A DNA stretch of 64,000 nucleotides. It comes from Octopus sinensis (taxonomy: Eukaryota). The translations under genes and the position numbers were made by a program. The stretch lies in the NCBI RefSeq assembly GCF_006345805.1, contig NC_043001.1:13888001-13952000 (forward strand), in the 5' to 3' direction. Within the stretch, counting starts at the first letter, position 1. Each line of letters starts with the position of its first letter. The notes beneath the pieces are model-generated. The model saw only the letters and a program-made list of their open reading frames with translations. It made no database searches and was not told where the DNA came from. Below, piece by piece: positions 24,311 to 37,639 of this stretch.

Positions 24311-25734
24311 CAGTTTTTAATGGCTCAAAATATACTAGTTAATTGTTCCAAAGTTAAAATAAATCACCAATAAACACATCGTGCAACCAACGAAATGGTA
24401 CAATTTAACCTAAAAACTAAGATCTTTTCAGCAAAAATATGGAATGATAGAAATGAATTCAATTACAAGCGAATTTCCATCTTTTTGTATGCGGTCGGAA
24501 ATTTTAAGCCAAACGCAAAATATCGATCATTTTCCTTTCAATTCTACGAACGGAGGACAGTGAACAGCTTTATTTGACCACTGTTGATGACGTTCACCTT
24601 CTGACTACCATTAGTGAAGATCCCTAGCAAACCATTAACAATGGAGCTCGCAACCTGACTATTACTAACAAATGATAGCAAAAACTCATCTTACAATTTT
24701 CTCCGATATCTCGATTTTCAACGTTCACTTCTAGATAGCTGAGTGAAATCTGTGTGTAAATATCCAACTTATAGGTTAACCTCTCTCAACCGAGAGCCAG
24801 AGGACCCTTGGAGTTCCGTAGAAGATTTTGCAGTTAAAATTTATGTATATATTTACATGTCTCTCTATATATAATTAATAATAGTAGGGAATATAAAATT
24901 CCAAACTTACAGGAAAAAATTCAATTAAGCAATACTAAATCAAATTTCACAATATATATATATATAATTAAGAGAAATAACTTCTATTAAGTAATTCAAC
25001 TGATATTGAAATATATTCTAAAAATCACTAAATTAAATAAACATTAAATTGACTACGCGCGTTTTGTGACTATATCTTTAAATTGATAATAATAATATCG
25101 ATACTTTTAGAATTAATTCGATTTAAAATTAATTCGATTGAAATATATAGCCACTCTTAAGGTCTAAATTAATAAAATAAATGTATGTACACGTATCTTA
25201 ACATATAATAATTAGCAAATAAATATATAAATATACGCATCGTAACAATAAATCATCGAATAAAATGTAACAATATTAATGAAAAGGATATCATAACTTA
25301 TCTTAGCGAAGAATATATATTATAATTGAAATAAATATGTATTGGAAAAGAGAAGACGAAGACAGGTGTATATATAAATATATAATTGTGAGTGTGTGTG
25401 TCTGTATGAATATTTACATTGTAGAAGTATAACTTGCTGGTTATACTTCTAAAATGCACAAAATATTTTAGCAATTTTTTATGCGATTTCTAAGAATATC
25501 TCATTATAAAACTATAATGGGATATTTTAAACACCAAATGGCTATTAGGGTCGATCCGAGGAAAATAGTATTCAAAGGAATCCATAGCTAAAAGAAATGG
25601 TTGAGAATTACTGGTTTAATTTATTGATTTTATGCAAATATTGTCTACCGCACGTTTATTGGTTACTCCAGTTCTTATTTGTGATTATGAATGCGATCGT
25701 GTTTGTGTTTATGAATAATAGTTTATTGTGTATT

Positions 25735-26100
25735 GGCGACGAGCTGGCAGAATCGTTAGCGCGTCGGACAAAATGCTTAGCGGCATTTCTTCTGGTTTAA
25801 AGTGGCGAGCTGGCAGAAACGTTAGCGCGCCGGGTCGATGTAATCGACTTAATCCGTTTGTCTGTCCTTGTTTGTCCTCTCTGTGTTTAGCCCCTTGTGG
25901 GTAATAAAGAAATAGGTATTTCGTTTGTCGTTACGTTCTGAGTTCAAATTCCGCCGAGGTCGACTTTGCCTTTCATCCTTTCGGGGTCGATGAATTAAGT
26001 ACCAGTTACGCACTGGGGTCGATGTAATCCGTCGACTTAATCCGTTTGTCTGTCCTTGTTCGTCCCCTCTGTGTTTAGCCCCTTGTGGGTAGTAAAGAAA
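25735..26100 (+). mobile_element. SINE family C array (partial head plus dimer with internal deletion)
   Basis: GAGCTGGCAGAAACGTTAGCG heads and body units. Confidence 0.8.
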
Positions 26101-26149
26101 AATAATTGTTTATTGTGTATTACTGTATTTAAAAAAAAAACGAAAAAAG

Positions 26150-26560
26150 TGAATACTTCTTATGAGTACCAGATATTTCAAAACTTTGAAGAATCGATTA
26201 CACGGACTTGTAGCTCCACCTTATGGGAAGCCTAAGAAGAGTTAGGAAGTGACAATTGGATTTTGTATTTATATGAGATTTATATAGGGTTTGATGTTGC
26301 TTAGGCTGTTTTGTTTAAAATAGGTGGATTTATCAAAGATGTTTGTCTGTACAGGTATTTGCTAGATTTGTACGTGTTAATTCTGGTGATGTTTGCGAAT
26401 TTTGGGGATTTGTGTATATCCGTGTAGGCGTATTGAGATTAGACTACAGGTATTTTTTTTGTTTTTGTCATAAAGAAAATCATTTAAGTGGATTTGGCTA
26501 CTCGCCAAGTATTGTACAAGCATGTTCATTAAATGTATAGAAATGAGAATGGGAAAAATC
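26150..26560 (-). mobile_element. Possible degenerate PLE ORF remnant
   Basis: A-rich minus strand with ...ISIRLHGYTQIPK...; weak resemblance only. Confidence 0.3.
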
Positions 26561-26709
26561 CTATTAAAACGTGGCTGAAAGGAAATCTTTTGGCTTAAGC
26601 ATTTTTTTACTTCAAGATCACGCACACATGTGCACGCATGCACTTACACTCCAGTATCTGTATGTTCATATATGTAAATATTCATACAGACTCATGCACA
26701 CATAAACAC

Positions 26710-26775
<66 letters not shown>

Positions 26776-26843
26776 CTCTCTTCGTATTTTGCTTTCCTAT
26801 ACATATTCATTTCAACTACACACACACACACACATATATATAT

Positions 26844-26896
<53 letters not shown>

Positions 26897-26936
26897 TTCA
26901 TACACTTGTCAAAGTATGCTTGTAGCGCCATCTTAC

Positions 26937-26982
26937 CTGGTGCGCAGATGGTTGCTTGCTGTGTGACCACACTTACATACTC
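26937..26982 (-). CDS. Candidate 46-nt exon
   Basis: tttttacgtag|GA...CCAG|gtaaga; one frame reads (G)VCKCGHTASNHLRT. Confidence 0.25.
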
Positions 26983-28050
26983 CTACGTAAAAACGTGTCT
27001 GTCCGTGTGAGTGTCTACGTGGGTTTGTAAGTGAGTTGTAAGCAAAAATGAAAAAAATATGTACATTTTAATAATATATCACATGATAAGTAATAAAAAT
27101 GTAATAATAAATCAAAATGTTTTTTGAGAGTACTGAATTGTGACAAACAGTTTAGCATTATCATTTATATAAGAGCATATCTTAGATATTTCTTTGCCGA
27201 TTATGGTTCGATTCGTGTAGGCAAACACACGAGTGGGTGTTTGAAAAAAAATATTATTTTCATCGAATAATTACTAAATAAAAAACATTAACCTCCCTAT
27301 AATTTCCTTGTCCTATGAGAAATTCTAGGCCAAATGTTACAAATTCCTTTCAACCCTGCAATGAAATGTACATTCCAAGACTCGTAATAATAGATTAAAA
27401 TTTTAGCACAAGGCCAGCAATTTCGGAGGAGGGGTTAAGCGGTGTAAATCAACCCTAGTACTCAACTGGAACTTATTTTATCAACTCCAAAGGCATGAAA
27501 GGCAAAGACGACGGCCCCGGGGGAATTTGAATTCAAAACGTAAACGCGGACGAAATGCTGCTATGTGGTTTGACCGGTGTGCTAACGATTTTGCTCGTTC
27601 GCTGCGTTAGACCTGCAAAAATGCTAAATACTCATTATGCGACTTTTTTTATATAATACCCAAATCTGTCCCTATGATACACATTCTTTTATGGACCATA
27701 AATATCAAATAAAATCGTCGTTGTTACCATCATTTCCTTCCCAACGTATCCAGGAAACCACAATTTTCTTCCATTCCTTTCGCTCTGCCTTATTCCCTCT
27801 TTCTGCCGACCAAATCACTTTCCCAACACTTACTTTTTATATTCCACGATTCATTCGCTTAAAGAATCTCCTGAATTACTATACAAAAAGCTTGAAGAAA
27901 ACAAAACAAAATAGAACATCAAATACCCCGGAACATTAAACTAAGCTTTCCTTGTAAAACTAATAAATATGTTGATCTCCTGCAACGTGTTAAGTGATTC
28001 TTCAAATTACTGTTTGGTAGTCTTGCATATAACTTTGCATAAAATATATA

Positions 28051-28930
28051 CAGCGTGCGGTGAACATATTGTACTCTAAATTACGCGAAAATGAAAATAA
28101 CACTGACATCTCGTTTTAACAAGATGTATGTACCAAAATTACATTAAAATATCTTGAAATACTAAAGAATAAATTTGTCAATAAAATCGCCATTGGCTTC
28201 AAACACGGCCTCCAGGCGACTTCGGAATCTCCTGCAACTCTGCTGGATGGTCTCATTAAATTGGTGAATGCTGCCATAATCCTTGCCTTCAGTTCATATT
28301 TGGTGTTACAAGGAGTTTTGTTTGGTCTCTCGCTCAACTGCACCCACAATAATAATCAAGGAGCTTGCAGTCTGGGGAGTTAGGTGGCCAGATGTTAGGA
28401 GTGATGTGGTCACAGAAATTGTCGGGCAGCCATGACTGGGTTCTCCTGCTTCTTTGGCATGATACAGAGTCCTGTTGCCAGACATAAAGTCTTCCAGCAG
28501 CTACTCTCTTGGCCTGAGGCTGCACAACCTCCACCAGGCACTTGATGTAGGGCTCCGTGTTGAATCTGAGGCTGTGTGGGAAGATGAATGGAGGCATAAC
28601 GTCGCCATCACTAGTGATCACTCGAAACGCCATGATCTTCACTGAATGTTTGATTTTTATCACTCTCAATACACGTTTTGGGGACACGGCAAGCCAACGG
28701 TTGTTCTGTGTATTCACCATCTGTTCGTATTGGAGCTTCCGGTGCGAATGTCAAGTAGTACAGTATGTCGTTTCCAAATTTCTGGCAGAGTAAATTGCGT
28801 CATGGCGTTGTTTTTCTCACAGACGGCGCCCAACTGACCCAACTATACTGTGTAGTTGACAAAATCAAAAACAATGCACATGCGTGAAATTGAAACGTTA
28901 AAATGGTGACAATTTACTCATCGCACCTTA
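28051..28930 (-). mobile_element. maT (DD37D) Tc1/mariner internal-deletion derivative
   Basis: TIRs CAGCGTGCGGTGAACATATTGT and ACAATTTACTCATCGCACC; QQD...WPPNSPDCKLLDYY with 37 residues between D2 and D3; N-terminus MTQFTLPEIWKRHTV joined directly to QMVNTQNNRW, so D1 is deleted. Confidence 0.85.
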
Positions 28931-29429
28931 TGTATGTATGTATGTATATATATATATATATATATATTGTATATATATATATATATTGTATATATATATA
29001 TATTGTATATATATATATATATTGTATATATATATATATATAAATGCTTAGCGGTATGTCGTCTGCCGCTACGTTCTGAGTTCAAATTCCGCCGAGGTCG
29101 ACTTTGCCTTTCATCCTTTTGGGGTCGATTAAATAAGTACCAGTTAGGTACTGGGTCGATATAACCGACTTAACTCGTGTGTCTGTCCTTGTTTGTCCCC
29201 TCTGTGTTTAGCTCCTTGTGGGTAGTAAAGAAATAGGTATAAGTGGTTAGGGGTATTCAGCTCACGATTGAAATGTCACGAGTTCGATTCTAAGCGGTGT
29301 GTTGTATCCTTGTGTGCAACACACTTTATTTTACGTTCCTCCAGTCCACTCAGACGGCAATAATGAGTAGTACCTACATTTCAAAAGTCTAGTCTTCTAT
29401 GTCATGATAAATCTCCAAAAACATTCTAA

Positions 29430-29920
29430 AGGGTACACAGTGCGTCCATGCTGCCAACAAAGCACGCGGAATTCTGTTCTTGATTCGACGGTCATTCGGA
29501 ATGCTCACAGCAGCCATATTCCTACCGCTCTATGTCACGCTGGTGAAACCCATATTGGAGTACGGGATTCAAGCCTCTTCTCCTTATCTACTCAAAGACA
29601 TACAGCATCTCGAAAGAGCTGTTCTTCACTCCTGCTCCAGAGCCTCGGCTGCGGGGTCATTCCGAATAGCTCTATCTGCGACGATTTCATCTCAATCGAA
29701 GGAGAGGGGCTTTCTCCGTCCGGGTTGCGGATCCGCGGAACAAGCCGCCAGACGAGATGGTGAAGATGCCGACGACCGCTTTGTTCAAAGTCTCCCTTGA
29801 CCTCAAGTGGCCTGAACTCCTTACATGAACTCCACCCTGTACATAACTCCATGTCCCCCTACATGGCCTTGCTTTTTGCTTTTTGAGCCTAAAATTTACT
29901 AACTAACTAACTAACTAACA
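29430..29920 (+). mobile_element. CR1-type LINE 3' fragment with internal deletion and (CTAA)n tail
   Basis: AANKARGILFLIRRSFGMLTAAIFLPLYVTLVKPILEYGIQASSPYLLKDIQHLER; tail ACTAACTAACTAAC. Confidence 0.85.
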
Positions 29921-30149
29921 TGTGCGTGGAGGGCTCAGCCACATTAATTTCATAAGCAAGTGTGGTTTCCGTTGATCGGATCAACTGGAAACCACGTCGT
30001 CGAAACCGATGGAGGACCAGTGTTGTATGAGTTCGTCTACTTCATATTTTTGCTTCGAAATTGCTTTCCAATGTGTCGATGGTAAATAGCAGAACGCATT
30101 ACTTATTTCACATCTGTCAGCTTTTTTATCATCCGTTCCTGACAGTTTA

Positions 30150-30543
30150 TCTTTATATATAAAAGTAAGGTTGTGTGCTGTCTGTCTTGTACGATTTAGA
30201 TTCCTAACTACTCCCACATTTTGCGGTGCAGTTTAACCAAAACCGGGTATCTTATAGTCGTGATTCATATCGGGCCCTTCTGGGTATTAGCGCGCGTCTA
30301 CGATGAGTCTACGATTTAAAAAAAAATTACCATCATTTTTTCCCATTTTAATGCATTTTTGGCATATATAAGGGAAGTAACTCTCTAAAAGTTTATTATT
30401 AAATCTCAGAACGTAAAAAGCTACAGTAACACCCCCCCTTTGTGGTTAACCATATTGAGATGGCTATTATACTTTACATCTCTAAAAATGCTTATATAGT
30501 TATTTCCCTTACAAACCCGAGCAACGCCGGGCGATACTGCTAG
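30150..30543 (+). mobile_element. Non-autonomous Helitron
   Basis: A|TCTTTATATATAAAAG 5' end; shared 3' hairpin and CTAG|T. Confidence 0.85.
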
Positions 30544-31092
30544 TAGAGAATAAAGTAAGAGTGGCGGATATAGATATCTTCAGGATTTCTTAAAACAAGA
30601 GACGCCAGCTGAGAAAACTTAAATAATCTTCTTTGTTCGTGTTCATGCTCTAAGTTGCGATGAGGATATAAATATCACCGGACATATTAGTGTGGTGACG
30701 GTGCGGCAACACCATCCAGATGTTCTTTGATCTCATGCCATACATATGATAACATAACGGAGCCATCATGTGACATATACGTCATCGTTTTCGTCAAAAA
30801 ATGACAGAAATATCTATGAAGGAATTAACTGTGTAAATATAACGACAATCTTTTCTTTTTGTATATTCTGTTTACACAGTAATCTTCGAATGTACAGCGA
30901 AGAATGGTTTCTACTTTTCTTGTTAAAAACATTAGCAAACCTTTTTATCAGTAACATTCGCAATATTCTCACCAAAACATTCTATTGCACTACATTGTGT
31001 ATTTCAGCTGTAGAGTATTGATAATGCTAACCGCAGTAAACAGTGAAAGTAGTTCCCCATAAATATATACGTCTGTATATATATATGTATGT

Positions 31093-31345
31093 GTGGAGGC
31101 GCAATGGCCCAGTGGTTAGGGCAGCGGACTCGTGGTCGGAGGATCGCGCTTTCGATTCCCAGACCGGGCGTTGTGTGTGTTTATTGAGCGAAAACACCTA
31201 AAAGCTACACGAGGCTCCGGCAAGGGGTGGTAGCGAGCCCTGTTGTACCCTTTTGCCACAACTTTCTCTCACTCTCTCTTCCTGTTTCTTTAGTAACGCT
31301 GCGATGGACTGGCGTCCCGTCCAGCTGGGGGAACACATACGCCTC
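31093..31345 (+). mobile_element. SINE family A (tail type iv)
   Basis: Arg-like head; tail GTAACGCTGCGATGGACTGGCGTCCCGTCCAGCTGGGG. Confidence 0.8.
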
Positions 31346-31580
31346 AGAGTGTGTGTGTGTGTGCATGTATATTTTTTCCTATCAAGATTCAGCTGCGGTC
31401 ATGCTGGGGCACCACCTTAGATGTCTTAAAACATTTGGAAAGTAGTTTGTATGCAGAGAGTATACGAAATACGTAAGTTAGCTATGGTATTAATACCAAT
31501 AGTGAAAGTGAAATACTGTGAGATGACGAAAGTGCATTTCTCAGTTATGTCGTGCATTACATACACACACAAACATACAT

Positions 31581-31980
31581 AGGCGCAGGAGTGGCTGTGT
31601 GGTAAGTAGCCTGCTTACCCACCACACGGTTCCGGGTTCAGTCCCACTGCGTGGCGCCTTGGGCAAATGTCTTCTGCTATAGCCCCGGGCCGACCAATGC
31701 CTTGTGAATGGATTTGGTAGACAGAAACTGAAAGAAGCCCGTCGTATATATGTATGTATATATGTGTGTGCGTGTATGTTTGTGTGTCTGTGTTTGTCCG
31801 CCTAGCATCGCTTGACAACCGATGCTGGTGTGTTTACGTCCCCGTTACTTAGCGGTTTGGTAACAGAGACCGATAGAATAAGTACTGGGCTTACAAAAGA
31901 ATAAGTCCCGGGGTCGATTTGCTCGACTAAAGGCGATGCTCCAGCTTGGCCACAGTCAAATGACTGAAACAAGTAAAAGA
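31581..31980 (+). mobile_element. SINE family B, full length
   Basis: AGGCGCAGGAGTGGCTGTGTGGTAAG...GACTGAAACAAGTAAAAGA. Confidence 0.9.
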
Positions 31981-32132
31981 ATGCAAAATACTGAAACCGA
32001 ATAAACCAAGAAATTTTCTTCACATTTCATTGCTTCTGTAAATCATTATGATTTTAGGAGAATATGAATCTGCACATTTTTTTTCACTCGGTTTTTTTTT
32101 TCCATTTTCTTTCCATTCTTTTCCTCTTAATC

Positions 32133-32170
32133 CATTCTGTCGAAGAGGGAAGGCTTGAAACGTAAGAGAC
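32133..32170 (+). ncRNA. Second CUGU-N-GA hammerhead-like motif (P1 pseudo-LTR, ~32085-32260)
   Basis: CTGTCGA-A-GAG-ggaagg-CTT-GAAA-C-GT-A; more degenerate than the 3168 copy. Confidence 0.45.
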
Positions 32171-32259
32171 TTTTCCATTCTTCCTGTGCGTTAAACTAAT
32201 ACACCTGCTTGTTTTCCTGATCTTGTCTTCGGCTATTGTTTTCTGTAAATTTGAACTAT

Positions 32260-32302
<43 letters not shown>

Positions 32303-32527
32303 AAATATTAGGGAATAAATCCAAACTTACAGGGAAAAATCAGATTTAGGATTAAATCAAATTTTATAATATAAATATATTATATTATATTATATTGAAT
32401 TAGAGATAAAACCACTATTAGGCAAATCAAACAATGAAAAACATAAGCCAATACATAAAATTATTAATTTATATTATTTTAAATATATATCAAAAGTATT
32501 AAAAGTTTAATAAAAGATAAAGAGTAA

Positions 32528-32600
32528 AACACTACGATTGTTTCATGGCTGTACAATTCGTAATAATTCGAGTTATGGTTACAGTCAATCTTCAGGTTAA
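32528..32600 (-). ncRNA. Hammerhead-like motif with U.U at the base of stem II, in a minus-strand pseudo-LTR (~32300-32620)
   Basis: Minus strand: CTGAAGA-T-TGACTGTA...TACAGCCA-T-GAAA-C-aatc-GT-A; stem I only weakly paired. Confidence 0.45.
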
Positions 32601-33004
32601 TTGAAATATCTAAAATATAATATATTACACTTCGTGTATCAAACTGAAGTTATATTTATCTGCATGTTTGCCTCTACATAAAGATATATGTATATATCTA
32701 CAAATACACATACGTGTATATATATATATTATGATAACTCACATGGTGAACTGAAATTATATAAAATCGTAATTATAAACCTAAGTACAAGAAAATTCGT
32801 TAGCGTCAATAAAAGCCACATTCAAATGTACCAACGGAACAAAGGTTTTCCCAATTTGAATCCCGAATCCATCAAAGACTGATTGGTACCATGCAGTGGA
32901 AATTTGGATTTGAACTTTTTCAGGTACAGAAGCAGCTACGGACATATTTCCGCTCATTAAACCACATTAGTGAAGCGCAGTCAATTGAATGCTATCACAA
33001 TATC

Positions 33005-33395
33005 ATAGGTGCAGGAGTGGCTGTGTGGTAAGTAGCTTGCTAACCAACCACATGGTTCCTGGTTCAGTCCCACTGCGTGGCATCTTGGGCAAGTGTCTTC
33101 TGCTATAGCCCCGGGCCGACCAATTCCTTGTGAGTGGATTTGGTAGATGGAAACTGAAAGAAGCCTGTCGTATATATGTATATATATATGTGTGTGTGTA
33201 TGTGTTTGTGTGTCTGTGTTTTTCCCACTAGCATTGCTTGACAACCGATGCTGGTGTGTTTACGTCCCCGTTACTTAGCGGTTCGGCAAAAGAGACCGAT
33301 AGAATAAGTACTGGGCTTACAAAGATTTGCTCGACTAAAGGTGGTGCTCCAGCATGGCCGCAGTCAAATGACTGAAACAAGTAAGAGAGTAAGAG
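33005..33395 (+). mobile_element. SINE family B
   Basis: Same consensus as 31581. Confidence 0.9.
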
Positions 33396-34142
33396 AGAGT
33401 TTAGACAATTTAAAATAACTTAAAATTCAGAAAACCTTAGAGCCGGTATGACACATTTAAAGAATTCTCTTATATCAATTATTTACATTCTCTTGGAATT
33501 ACCAAAGGATCAGTCCGGAAGCATCGTTTTTCTGATTAACGAAATATGTACATGGATTAAAAGGATATTAAAAGCATAAGACGTGGAACAAGATTTCAAA
33601 GTCACTTTCTGAAATTTCATAATTAGATTTCATAAATTGTAAGTTTTATGAGTTGAATTCGTTAAAAGGGAAATAAGAATACATATAATATAATGCAAAC
33701 TTACTTCAGTTCTGCTATGGCTGAAAATTAATTTGGAAATTAGAAGCTAGGCCTTATGTTAAAATATTTGGAATATGTAAATGTAGCAAGAATTTCAATA
33801 TATTTACAGAATTAGTGATTTAAGAAAATCTAATTATATTTTTTAAAAAACGCTGGTTCTTTCTCATTGCATTAAATGAAACAGAAAATGCTGCAGGCAA
33901 AATTTTAGTTTTATATTTAGATGAGTGGTGGCTTTTTTTTTTCTTTAAATCCAAATTATGTGCAGCATACCAGAATCAAATAATAAGAATAGAAATGACA
34001 GAGAAGTTATTTGTTATTCGGCCTTCTTAATTATTGATGTCAGTTTAAATATTTAATTAATGGGAAATTTTCTATGTCACACTTCTAACATTCTGAAAGC
34101 AGCACGCCTCAAAACAATTTAATATGTAACATCTATCTCTAA

Positions 34143-34476
34143 GGCGGTGAACTGGCAGATTCGTTAGCACGCCGGACAAAGTACTTAGTGACAGTTCGTT
34201 CGTCTTTCCGTTCTGAGTTCAAATTCTACTGAAGTTGACTTAACACTTCGCCCTTTTCTAATCGATAAAATAAGGAGCAGTTGAGAACTGGAGTCGATGT
34301 AATCGAGTTACCGCCAACCCTATAATTGCTAGCCTTGTACCAGAATTTGAGACCAATATCCATAAGGGCGGCGAGCTGGCAGAAACGTTAGCACGCCGGG
34401 TGAAATGCTTAGCACTATTTCGTCTGCCGCTACGTTCTGAGTTCAAATTCCGCTGAGGTCGACTTTGCCTTTCATC
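34143..34476 (+). mobile_element. Two SINE family C copies (second truncated)
   Basis: Heads at ~34143 and ~34366. Confidence 0.75.
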
Positions 34477-35414
34477 CTGAAACAAGTAAAAGAATTTAAA
34501 ATACTGAAACCGAATAAACCAAGAAATTTTCTTGACATTTCATTGGTTCTCTAAATCATTATGATTTTAGGAGAATATTAATCTGCATTTCCTTTCATTT
34601 AAAGTTTGTTTCCTAAAAGCAGTCAATAAGTCCTCGTACTTTACTATCATTATTAATGTTCTCAATTGCAATCGCTCATAACTTCTCACTAATAAAAGAT
34701 ATGTCTATCCTCATAAGACGATATTATTACCAAAATGTTTCATGCTATATAAAGATTATAACACCTTTAATATGAAAGCAATGCCAAAGCATTTTACAAC
34801 CAGTCAAAAGCCGATGTTTTTTTTATGATGGCCTTTAACTTTCTAATGTACCCAGACTGCAAATAGATGTTATGCACTCGGCGCAGATCGATGTTTAACA
34901 CGAGTATACTAGTTTTGAGTTGTTACTGTATAAAAGAGAATGATATACGAAGTGTATTGTTGAAGGATCTGGATCCGAACTAAACGGCCCTAAAAGGAAA
35001 AAACTCCCTAACATAAACTATGAAACAGAATAGTTAAAAGCTCCTAACACAATAAACATTTCCCAGTTGCTATTAGATTTGAAGATAGTTTTACTAGTTG
35101 TAAGTGGTTTTAGATTTATTTCTGTGAGTGTGTAAGCCGTTTTTATCCTCCGGTATTTTCAAATACAATGGACATTGCCATGCGCCACTACTCGAAAAGT
35201 GACCAGTAGATCTCTTAAATTTCAGATTTTGTATAAATAGTCGATTAAGACTAAAAAATATTCACCCGTTTACAACTATAGTGCTGACATCTTTTCTGGA
35301 CTCGCTTATAACATCACAATCGCAAAGTTATTTAACCAAACAGAAATATTCTCGGTAGATACGAAGACCTATGATAAATATACACACTTGAATGCATATG
35401 AGCACTTCTGAGAT

Positions 35415-35488
35415 TATATATATATATATATATATATAGTGTGTAGCTCTGTGTGTATGTATATATATATATATGTAGCTCTGTGTAT

Positions 35489-35520
<32 letters not shown>

Positions 35521-35598
35521 GTGTGTAGCTCTGTGTGTATGTATATATATATATATGTAGCTCTGTGTATATATATATATATAATATATATGTAGCTC

Positions 35599-35640
<42 letters not shown>

Positions 35641-35706
35641 ACTCTGTATATATATATATATATATATGTAGCTCTGTGTATATATATATATATATATATA
35701 TGTAGC

Positions 35707-35737
<31 letters not shown>

Positions 35738-35748
35738 GTAGGTCTGTG

Positions 35749-35796
<48 letters not shown>

Positions 35797-35804
35797 GCTT
35801 TGTG

Positions 35805-35835
<31 letters not shown>

Positions 35836-35881
35836 GTAGCTCTGTGTATATATATTATATATATATATATATGTAGCTCTG

Positions 35882-35930
<49 letters not shown>

Positions 35931-35955
35931 GTGTGCGTGTGTGTGTAGCTTTGTG
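35415..35955. repeat. Compound minisatellite: TGTAGCTCTGTG units separated by variable (TA)n
   Basis: About 13 copies of the conserved unit. Confidence 0.9.
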
Positions 35956-35959
35956 TGTG

Positions 35960-36130
<171 letters not shown>

Positions 36131-37084
36131 TAGAAAATTCTCTTAAGATTAAACAAGGAAAGCTGCTATAAATGTTTTTTTGTGAATGTACTTTATTGAT
36201 GAGGACGTTATACTTCGCTCTTTCACGCCATTTTAAGCATCCATAGGATTCCACTAAGTGCATTATATTAGCTGTTTCTTGGGGAATCTCTCAAAGGCAA
36301 AAACCTGTCTCGCTAATATAAAAGATTATGTAATACATTAATGTTTCAAGCGTTTACTTGTGTTAATGGCAGAAACAGTTTATTTTCTTTCCGGATTTAA
36401 CTTTCAACATCTCCAAACGCATGACATGACATGACCTGCCGCAAAGTTGATTTACCGACTACGTTTAGGAAAATATTACAGTTTTACTCTAAACACCCAG
36501 AGCGCATTCGCATTCGATTTTTCTGCAGCAGTAGCCACAGATGGTTATTCAATAGTTTGAGCATGTAATGTTGAATTTATTCTTTCGTTCTCACTATTCA
36601 ATAGTGGACAGCCGTATAATGGATAGGGAAGCCAATTCCTAGAACACTTTCTCAAACTCCATTTATTTACAGATCATTCTGTTGATTTTAAAGCGAATTA
36701 CTGTTGTTGCTGAAGACAATTCAAAACACTATTCAACAGTGTTGTATACATTCTTCTGGGTAGGAAAGACATTTGATATGTAGATTCTGCTTTTCATTTA
36801 ATATAAATTTGCCTCGAACTTTATAGAAAATTGACAGAATATCCAAACGAAAAACAAGCTAAAATGTAAATAGCGAGATATACACTGAATGGTGAAGATA
36901 GGTTACAGTATTTATGTAGTTTTCTCCTGTCGAGGTGGAGAGAATAAAGGTGTATTGAGAATATTTAATACACTGACTAACGTAAGTTACAAAATAACTG
37001 CCAAGTTTTGAATATATACAATAGTTTTATGAAGAAAGAAAGATTGGAGAAAACCACAGTAGATATGCTACTGTGTTTTTTAAT

Positions 37085-37505
37085 ATATTACTCTTTTTAC
37101 TCTTTTACTCTTTTACTTGTTTCAGTCATTTGACTGCGGCCATGCTGGAGCACCGCCTTTAGTCGAGCAAATCGACCCTGGGACTTATTTTTTGTAAGAC
37201 CAGTACTTATTCTATCGGTCTCTTTTGCCGAACCGCTAGTTGACGGGGACGTAAACACACCAGCATCGGTTGTCAAGCAATGCTAGGGGGACAAACACAG
37301 ACACACAAACACATACACACACACTTATATATATATACATATATACGACAGGCTTCTTTCAGTTTCCGTCTACCAAATCCACTCACAAGGCATTGGTCGG
37401 CCCGGGGCTATAGTAGAAGACACTTGCTCAAGATGCCACGCAGTGGGACTGAACCCGGAACCATGTGGTTGGTTAGCAAGCTACTTACCACACAGCCACT
37501 CCTAT
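37085..37505 (-). mobile_element. SINE family B, full length
   Basis: Reverse complement of the family B consensus, with (AAAAGAGT)n-like tail. Confidence 0.9.
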
Positions 37506-37639
37506 GTATGACGAAAATCTACTTCATGTATTTTGATTATTGTGAAAGCATATTACCCTCAGCGTCACACTCAGATCTTAATTTCCTGGGTTTGGACGAA
37601 TTCATTTGAGGCATATGAAAGCTATATGACAGTAAATAT

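Noticed and set aside
30670-30760. Minus frame IWMVLPHRHHTNMSGDIYI resembling TRPM W....H...TDAFGDI
   Set aside because: Wrong spacing, no splice sites, and wrong order relative to the 26.9-kb CxCG segment
35415-35955. CRISPR-like repeat/spacer pattern
   Set aside because: Eukaryotic context, 12-nt repeat, spacers are pure TA runs, no cas genes
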